This document shows, piece after piece, positions 52,180 to 58,575 of a stretch of DNA of 58,575 bases. The translations under genes were made by a program, and so were the position numbers. The notes beneath the pieces were generated by a model. That model saw only the letters and a program-made list of their open reading frames with translations, made no database searches and was not told the DNA's origin. Location of the stretch: the NCBI GenBank assembly GCA_030609775.1, contig JAUWTD010000001.1:1-58575 (forward strand), given 5' to 3'. How positions within the stretch are numbered: position 1 is the first letter of the stretch; each line of letters starts with the position of its first letter. The DNA is from Candidatus Altiarchaeota archaeon (GTDB lineage Archaea; Altiarchaeota; Altiarchaeia; IMC4; QMZM01).

Positions 52180-53376
52180 TTATTGAGTGTGTGTTTTTAT
52201 GTGTTTTTGCATGATTTTTTTGTGTTCGCTGTTGCAGAATTTTATGAATTCCATTGAGTCGGTATTTCTCGCCTCTTCAAGCAGGTTGAAATACTGGTTT
52301 CTTTTATCAGGGTCATAGGCGAACAGAGGCAGATTTTTCTTTAACAGTATCCATGAGTGTAAGAGCCGGGCCATTCTGCCATTTCCATCCTGGAAAGGGT
52401 GTATGCTAACGAACATCAGATGCGCCAGGGGTGCGATAAACAGGGGATTTGATGTAGCGTATTTTCTAATGAAATTTATTAACGCTTTCACTGCCGAATC
52501 CACAACCTCCCTTGAATCAGGCGGCTTGTGTGCTGAACCTATAATCCGTTTCCTGCCGTAATAGTATTCTCCCAGCTTATCCACCAGATTGTTCATGAGT
52601 ATAGCATGCAACGCCAAAAGCTTCTCTTCAGACACATCATCTTTTGAATACTGGAGTAATCTCTCCAATGCCTTCTCTGTATTCACTATCTCTATCACCT
52701 CATGAGGGGTTAGTTTAACTGGCCGGTTCTCCAATACTTTTTGAACATCCTCTTCGATTGCCGTATTCCCTTCAGTTACTGTAGTAGAATACGTGTGCAG
52801 CCGGATCAAGTCTTGCATCAGCTTCTCAGAATGCACCTCAAACATAGGTTCTAAAGGATGTTCTTTTTCATATTCGCTGAAGCTTAATTCCAGATGGTTT
52901 ATGTAGTAAAGTGTGTGGTCGTTGATATTAACCTCCAAAATCAATGGTTTTTCTTTCACTTTACTCAAGAAACCGTTTTCTAATAGTATGTGAACATACC
53001 TTAGTGTCGTGGGCTTCGACTTTTTCAGTTGACCCATCAGATCATTTAAGGTTTTCTTACCATCCAGGACTGCACCAAATAATGTGGAAACTCCCTTACC
53101 TAAGAGAATGTTGTAGTCCCTGTTCTTGAGGATACTCCAATAAATGAAAGCCAACATATCCCACAAACGAGAGTTATCGGCGTTAACCTCCAAAAGACCG
53201 CACTTCTCTAGGACATATCTTTGATTTTTTAGAACCCGTATCCGCGCATAGACTAGTCCACTAGTTATTTTCTCAAATCTGGCGTCACCCCTAACCAATT
53301 TGATGAAAGATTCTCTGTCAATCTTGCCTGCATGACATAATTTCAACAAAACATCGTATTCAGTTAATTTAACCAT
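52180..53376 (-). CDS. Fic-domain protein with N-terminal wHTH regions
   Basis: HPFQDGNGRMAR; TVTEGN inhibitory motif; likely ATG at 53376 (ORF track 53400). Confidence 0.9.
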   Translation of the reverse strand: MVKLTEYDVLLKLCHAGKIDRESFIKLVRGDARFEKITSGLVYARIRVLKNQRYVLEKCGLLEVNADNSRLWDMLAFIYWSILKNRDYNILLGKGVSTLFGAVLDGKKTLNDLMGQLKKSKPTTLRYVHILLENGFLSKVKEKPLILEVNINDHTLYYINHLELSFSEYEKEHPLEPMFEVHSEKLMQDLIRLHTYSTTVTEGNTAIEEDVQKVLENRPVKLTPHEVIEIVNTEKALERLLQYSKDDVSEEKLLALHAILMNNLVDKLGEYYYGRKRIIGSAHKPPDSREVVDSAVKALINFIRKYATSNPLFIAPLAHLMFVSIHPFQDGNGRMARLLHSWILLKKNLPLFAYDPDKRNQYFNLLEEARNTDSMEFIKFCNSEHKKIMQKHIKTHTQ

Positions 53377-53528
53377 ACCATGATATATTAAAGAAAACAC
53401 ATATTTAAATACAATTATCTGCTATAAAATACCAAAAAATTTTACTATAGTAAGGTATAATAACATTTTTAACAATTACAGAAAACCCGATAAAAAAAAC
53501 ACAATGATTCAAAAAAAAATGAAAAGCT

Positions 53529-53576
53529 GTGAATTAATTCTCGGTCGCCTGTACAGCAGGGACAGAAGCAAGGTAT
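53529..53576 (+). repeat. Direct repeat B2 (right of the Fic gene)
   Basis: Partner of 52072-52119. Confidence 0.88.
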
Positions 53577-53624
53577 GATTTATTCTGTTAAATAAATGCG
53601 TCGCCAAATAAATAATTGATACTA

Positions 53625-54692
53625 ATGGAGTCCAAGATAAGGGAATTAATTGATTCAAGCCGGAGGGTGATTTTAGATTGCTGTCTTGAGAATGGGGCTA
53701 TTGTTGCTGCGAATTGTGTGAAACCCTATTATCCACGTGATGTGAAAAACTATTTTTATGTGTGGCCAAGGGATGCATCCTACACGTGCATGGCAGCAGA
53801 TGTTTTAGGTTTAGATGATGTAGCTGAGAGATTCTTTGATTGGATTATAGACCGAGCCGAAGGATGGCAGGAAACGGGTTTACTTTATGAAAAATATTAT
53901 CCCAACGGATTAAAGGCTTTAAACCGGTTCCAGCCAGACCAGACCGGGACACTGCTTTACGCTGCAGGCTGCCACTTTAAAGATAAAAAAATGCCTGACA
54001 GATACAGGAAACTGGTTACTGATTCGGCTGAAGGATTATGCCGAGTATGGAATAAAGACCACTTCACAGAAATTACAAACGATTTATGGGAGGAAAGGCT
54101 GACGTTCCCCGACCTCAAAGAAAACTTCTCTTATTCTCTTGCAGCGTGCATAGGCGGCCTGATATCTGCAGACCAGATACTTCCCAATGAGAGATATGTG
54201 AGAACCGCAGACGAGATGAAGAAGACATTATTGGATAATGCAGAGGAAAAAGGTTTTTTTCAGCGGTCTTTTGGCAGATTAGATGATGCGAGAATAGATG
54301 CCAGCCTTTTAGGGGTGATATGGCCTTTTAGGGTGGTTGATGCAGATAATCCCTTAGCTAAACAGACTGTAGGATTGATCGAAGAAAAACTCGTCAAAGA
54401 TTATGGAGTCTATAGATACGAGAACGATGAATATGATGGATGGATCCTTGAAGGATTACATAGAAACAAAGGCGCCGGATTCTGGCCTCTTCTAAATTAC
54501 TGGATGAGCACTATATTAAATATGATGGGTGAAAAAGAGAAGGCTAAGAGATACTATTGGAAGGCTGCAGAATCATCAAGTGAATACATACCTGAACAAG
54601 TATTTGATAACAGAATACAGAAATCAGTATGTCCCCTGTGCTGGAGCCATACGATGTTTGTTCTAGCGTCAAAGGAGCTTGAGTTAATATGA
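53625..54692 (+). CDS. GH15 glucoamylase-like glycoside hydrolase
   Basis: GAIVAA, Y.YVWPRDA, QPDQTG, DLWEE, DASLLG, RYEND.Y, PEQ, PL.WSH. Confidence 0.87.
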   Translation: MESKIRELIDSSRRVILDCCLENGAIVAANCVKPYYPRDVKNYFYVWPRDASYTCMAADVLGLDDVAERFFDWIIDRAEGWQETGLLYEKYYPNGLKALNRFQPDQTGTLLYAAGCHFKDKKMPDRYRKLVTDSAEGLCRVWNKDHFTEITNDLWEERLTFPDLKENFSYSLAACIGGLISADQILPNERYVRTADEMKKTLLDNAEEKGFFQRSFGRLDDARIDASLLGVIWPFRVVDADNPLAKQTVGLIEEKLVKDYGVYRYENDEYDGWILEGLHRNKGAGFWPLLNYWMSTILNMMGEKEKAKRYYWKAAESSSEYIPEQVFDNRIQKSVCPLCWSHTMFVLASKELELI

Positions 54693-55423
54693 TATGCGAC
54701 TTTGAGTTAAGTGACAGGGTTAATAAGGATATAGGCGAGAAAAAAATCATCTCTATTGTGTGTGAATGCAGCATAGAATACAGTGGACGATCAAAATCAC
54801 AGATAGGGACAGGACACCGCATAATATTGATTAAACAGGATTCCACCTTACTGATACATGGATTATCAGGGTATAAGCCCATAAATTGGATGAGTCCGCC
54901 GATGGAAACTGTAGCAGAATTCAGCGAGGAACTTCTGTTATACAGCCAGAGGACAAAAAAACCCTTTGAAGAGATGAGGATAAGGGTCCATAAGGTGCTG
55001 AATTATCAGGCATATTCAGACCTAAGAGATGGAAGTAAGCTTTCTGTAACACACACAGAAAAGGATCTGCAGGATTACCTAGTCAAGAATCAGGAATTGG
55101 TGCATCCCAGCTTCCGGCTTAGGAAAGCAGAATATAGCACACCACTTGGATACTTTGACTTATATGGCAAGGTAGGTGACACCTATGTTGTAGTTGAGTT
55201 AAAGGCTGAGAGGGCAGGGTTACCTGCCGCATTACAGATTAAGAGATACACTGAATGGCTCAAAGAGCATGTGAATCCTGCACGAGGGATCCTCGTAGCC
55301 CCAAGCATAACACCAAATGCTATGCTAATCCTCAACAAAGCAGGGATAGAATACAAAAAAATAGATATAAAAAAAATAGAAGTCAAACATAGAAAAGAGA
55401 AAACACTCAATGAATGGTGCTAA
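54689..55423 (+). CDS. nucS: Endonuclease NucS/EndoMS
   Basis: C...Y.GR..S, R...IK.D...LIH, P.NW..P, E.DLQ, D.YG...VVVELK, A..Q..RY, RGILVAP. Confidence 0.9.
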   Translation: MICDFELSDRVNKDIGEKKIISIVCECSIEYSGRSKSQIGTGHRIILIKQDSTLLIHGLSGYKPINWMSPPMETVAEFSEELLLYSQRTKKPFEEMRIRVHKVLNYQAYSDLRDGSKLSVTHTEKDLQDYLVKNQELVHPSFRLRKAEYSTPLGYFDLYGKVGDTYVVVELKAERAGLPAALQIKRYTEWLKEHVNPARGILVAPSITPNAMLILNKAGIEYKKIDIKKIEVKHRKEKTLNEWC

Positions 55424-55431
55424 AAAAAAGA

Positions 55432-55992
55432 TTAGATTACTGCACCAATCTCTATAATAGCCTTCTTTGTTTTTTTGGCTGCCTGATCTACATCATCACG
55501 TGTTTTAGCCCCGGTTATTATCAGTTTCCCGGATCGGAAGACAAGCATTACAGTTTTTGGCTCAGCTAAGGAGAACACTAGACCAGGGAACTGCTCTGGC
55601 TCATATTCCGTATTATCGCATTCCATTGCAAGAATATCCAAATTAACAGTCATTTCCATATCAGCTGATGCAACAATATTCTGAACCTTGACGTCGGGTT
55701 CTTTTTTGACTATTATACCTCCTTCAGCAAGCTTCTCTTTTAACTGCACCACAGCCGCCTTAATGTCTTCTTTAGATCTTGCACCTGCACAGATTATCTT
55801 ACCTGAACTGAAGATAAGCATCGCCATCTTAGGATTTTTTATCCTGTAAACCGCACCAGGAAACCTATCAGGATTATATTCTAGACCTTTAACTGTCGTA
55901 GTGAATTCCTTCATATCTATCTTTTGATCTATTGTTACTGCAGAAACCATGTTCTCAATCTTAGGTTTAATCCCCATTTTCATACGCCTCAT
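55432..55992 (-). CDS. tbp: TATA-box-binding protein
   Basis: Two repeats: ENMVS...YNPDRFPG..Y..LIFSSGK..C.GA and QNIVAS...YEPEQFPGL..LVF.SGK.IITGAK. Confidence 0.97.
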   Translation of the reverse strand: MRRMKMGIKPKIENMVSAVTIDQKIDMKEFTTTVKGLEYNPDRFPGAVYRIKNPKMAMLIFSSGKIICAGARSKEDIKAAVVQLKEKLAEGGIIVKKEPDVKVQNIVASADMEMTVNLDILAMECDNTEYEPEQFPGLVFSLAEPKTVMLVFRSGKLIITGAKTRDDVDQAAKKTKKAIIEIGAVI

Positions 55993-56047
55993 ACATAAAT
56001 AGAATTAAAGCACAAAACTAAAAGAATCAGTTTTTTAAACAAAAAGA

Positions 56048-56869
56048 TTATATTGACATTACAATGTCATCTATCTGTTTCTTATCCCACCGGAGAAAGT
56101 AGTCTTGGTTGCGTGGCATCCAGCCTTCTATGATCATGTATCCATCATATGGATTCAATGCATGTATGAATTTTTTGAAGTCTATGTTCCCAAGACCGAT
56201 AGGTAGATGATCATCTACGCCAGTGTTATCGCTGATGTGAACGTGCGCAACATAATCCTTTAGCTCCTCTGCAAAATGGTCAGGGCTTAAGCCGGTGGTG
56301 TTTGCGTGTGCAGCATCCAGACAGATTTTGAAGTGATCAGAGTCAACAAGATTACATATATAAAGTATCTCCTTTATGTGGACACACAATGCTGTCGGCT
56401 TTGATGATATATTCTCCATGCAAAGCTGGACGCCAAAGTCTTCTGAAATCTCAGCTAATCTCTTGAAGTTTTTGGCCATTATATTCAGGATACGGTCTTT
56501 GAGGTATTTCCTTGATGCCAGATGACCTGGGTGGACTACGACAATATTAGAGTTAAGATAGTTTGCAGTCTCAATGCATTCAGATATCTGGTGCATTACC
56601 TCTTTTCTAACCCCTAGATTTAGTGTAGCCAAGTTTAGGTCATGGTAGGGTGCATGCAAGGACACACCAATATCCAGGGTACTTAAGGTATCATAGATTT
56701 TCTCTTTGGTCTCCTTTGCCTTCAATGTCCCCCAACCTTTAAACAACGGGCTCTGGCAATGAATCTCTGCGCACTCAAACCTAAGATCATCTGCTAGATG
56801 CGACAGAACATATTCAATATCCAGTTTTTCATAGTCCCAGAATATCTGGGTTGAGATGCCAAGTTTCAT
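56048..56869 (-). CDS. Xylose-isomerase-like / AP endonuclease 2 TIM-barrel metalloprotein
   Basis: SLHAPY.DLN, VVHPG, MEN, LD.AHA, HVHISDN.G.DDHLP.G.G.IDF, IIE. Confidence 0.87.
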   Translation of the reverse strand: MKLGISTQIFWDYEKLDIEYVLSHLADDLRFECAEIHCQSPLFKGWGTLKAKETKEKIYDTLSTLDIGVSLHAPYHDLNLATLNLGVRKEVMHQISECIETANYLNSNIVVVHPGHLASRKYLKDRILNIMAKNFKRLAEISEDFGVQLCMENISSKPTALCVHIKEILYICNLVDSDHFKICLDAAHANTTGLSPDHFAEELKDYVAHVHISDNTGVDDHLPIGLGNIDFKKFIHALNPYDGYMIIEGWMPRNQDYFLRWDKKQIDDIVMSI

Positions 56870-56875
56870 TTAAAT

Positions 56876-58117
56876 TTAAACCTTTAATGTCATCAATGGT
56901 TGAAGTTTTGCAACAGGAGTAGCTAGATCATATTCCATGACTTTTTCTATCACACTGTTGCCCCTGTAGTCAAATGGAAGCGCACGAGGGTTCATAAGTA
57001 TCATCTCCCCGAAACTGGAAACACCTCTTTTAGCGGTCTTACTTATGTCAGATACCTTAGAGATAGGTTTGGTATCACTTAGGATGAAGTGGTTGCCAAT
57101 CTTGGTTCTAACAACTTTTATGTTAGAGTACTGTAGATTAATCGCATAGCCTCCGCCGTGCGGGAGAATGTTTATGTTCTTTAAACCATCAGATAATCCA
57201 ACTGCTTCAGCGCTCTTGTCGAATCCGGTCATACCTAAAACATCAGAGGATAGATTCTCTTTTCCCTTAAAGATATAGACAGGGTAATCCCATCTAAGCG
57301 CTACAGGAAATAATGCTTCCCCGGGAGGATAGGATTTATCCATGGTGTCATGGCAGCCTAACCTGATCTCGTTTTTTGCAAATAAACCCTGGTGAGTTAT
57401 GTTAGATAGGATCTCACAGTCGCCGAGTACGGCCTTTGCGAGAATCTCCCTGCGCTTCTTTGAAAACTCATCAAATTCCAGCCATCTGCGATAATATTCT
57501 TTAGCATCCTGCCCATCTAGAATAGATATCCTGCCAAGGGGTGTGTTAACCCATTCACCATCCTCTTCAATAGTATAGAAATATTCTTTCTTTTCTTGCG
57601 CAGAACCATGCAAGATAGCGTATCTGCCGTCCTCAGGCATCAGTTCAGCTACTTCATGTGAGACACCTAGAGGCTTATAAAACTCAAAAAAATGATTCCC
57701 TTTACCAAAATCAGGGGTTAATCTAACATCGTCAAGATATAACTCAGATTCCTCAACCGCAACAGCGCGCTCAATCAATTCCTCATTTGAGGGCATATCA
57801 TCCAATCTCACAAGAATCATCCCACAACTATTGGGTTTAAGCTCAGGGAAAAATATGCCTGAATCAGGCCACCTTATCACCGCACCATAGCCAAACCCGC
57901 TGTTCCAGCGTTTAATGTTCCGACTTATCGTAGCGTCCGGACCGAAAACAGAATAGACATCTGGGCTGTCTAATGCATAGATCATCTTCCCTATACCATA
58001 ACGCATATTCTCATAAGACAATGCAGAGGAGAGATCCCGTAAACCCAAAGAAAAAATCCTCTGTCCACTAAAATCAAGCAACATCTTATCAGACATCTGG
58101 CTTATTTTCGTTTCCAT
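56876..58117 (-). CDS. Divergent RtcB-like (RNA 3'-phosphate ligase family) protein
   Basis: PD, NSCGM, G.GNHF.E, ILHGS, THQ, PHGGG, P..YR, KLQPL..LK in RtcB order. Confidence 0.72.
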   Translation of the reverse strand: METKISQMSDKMLLDFSGQRIFSLGLRDLSSALSYENMRYGIGKMIYALDSPDVYSVFGPDATISRNIKRWNSGFGYGAVIRWPDSGIFFPELKPNSCGMILVRLDDMPSNEELIERAVAVEESELYLDDVRLTPDFGKGNHFFEFYKPLGVSHEVAELMPEDGRYAILHGSAQEKKEYFYTIEEDGEWVNTPLGRISILDGQDAKEYYRRWLEFDEFSKKRREILAKAVLGDCEILSNITHQGLFAKNEIRLGCHDTMDKSYPPGEALFPVALRWDYPVYIFKGKENLSSDVLGMTGFDKSAEAVGLSDGLKNINILPHGGGYAINLQYSNIKVVRTKIGNHFILSDTKPISKVSDISKTAKRGVSSFGEMILMNPRALPFDYRGNSVIEKVMEYDLATPVAKLQPLMTLKV

Positions 58118-58172
58118 TTTTTCTATAGAGTATTTCTGAATATATTACCTCTTCAGAGTATAATAATAAAGG

Positions 58173-58575
58173 ATGTATATACTCATAGATGAAAAAGGCA
58201 GACACTATCTAGTAAAAGGCACAGCAGATGTCCACACCAATTATGGAGTTATTAAGGTAGATGACTTAAGAGAAGAGAACATAGGCAAAGAGATAGAAAG
58301 CCATATGATGCGAAAATTCTTTCTTCTTAAACCAGGGATAGTTGACTTCATAGATAAGGCAAAGAGGGGGCCACAGACTATATCACCTAAGGATTACGGG
58401 ATTATTGCAGCACATACGGGAATACATTCAGGCAGCAGAATCCTTGATTCAGGAACAGGGTCAGGTGTAATGTCTATGTTTCTTGCAAACATCACCTACC
58501 CTGAAAAACTCATAACATATGATATACGCGAAGATTTTGCAGCAATCGCAAAAGAAAACTTTGAAAAAGCAGGTT
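58173..58575 (+). CDS. trmI: tRNA (adenine-N1)-methyltransferase TrmI, 5' part; runs off window edge
   Basis: Not in ORF track. Manual translation: HT.YG, KRGPQ.I.PKD.G.I, ILDSGTGSG, TYDIREDF...A..N. Confidence 0.92.
   Translation, partial: MYILIDEKGRHYLVKGTADVHTNYGVIKVDDLREENIGKEIESHMMRKFFLLKPGIVDFIDKAKRGPQTISPKDYGIIAAHTGIHSGSRILDSGTGSGVMSMFLANITYPEKLITYDIREDFAAIAKENFEKAG

Noticed and set aside
53504..53578. 24-codon ORF running through repeat B2
   Set aside because: The frame is not preserved in repeat B1; too short to support.

Overview
Archaeal chromosomal segment, shown by TBP, A1A0 ATP synthase, archaeal AroK, deoxyhypusine synthase, NucS and a CCA-less tRNA-Leu. Ftr, biosynthetic genes and many Thr/Cys-rich surface lipoproteins fit an Altiarchaeota-like lineage; this is inference and not verified. 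From left to right: the end of a glycosylation cluster (wecB partial, GT4, DUF2304, GT2); a surface-protein sorting locus (CPBP protease, FG-GAP/Ca-repeat protein, VPEL-CTERM target, EpsH-type exosortase, EpsI-like protein, DUF1616) bracketed by an intact hicAB pair and a deleted hicA relic; galE broken by an in-frame TAG; ftr; housekeeping genes (nadE, yjbQ, aroK, trkH, gatB, trmG10, ilvB); an ATP synthase cluster split into four alternating transcription units plus an AtpZ/gene-1-like ORF; secFD, coaD, a KaiC-like/Roadblock-like/Cys-rich surface protein string, an antiporter, dys and several lipoproteins; tRNA-Leu(TAA) with an upstream duplicated 5' half; a toxin-antitoxin island (AbiEi/AbiEii, MNT/HEPN, Fic) whose modules are delimited by degenerate direct repeats; GH15, nucS, tbp, a TIM-barrel protein, a highly divergent RtcB-like protein and partial trmI. 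Two identical copies of a ~100-bp hairpin element resembling a non-autonomous IS200/IS605 derivative lie at ~33.6 and ~40.6 kb. No CRISPR array, rRNA, transposase or integrase was seen. All product calls come from motif recognition by eye, not database searches.
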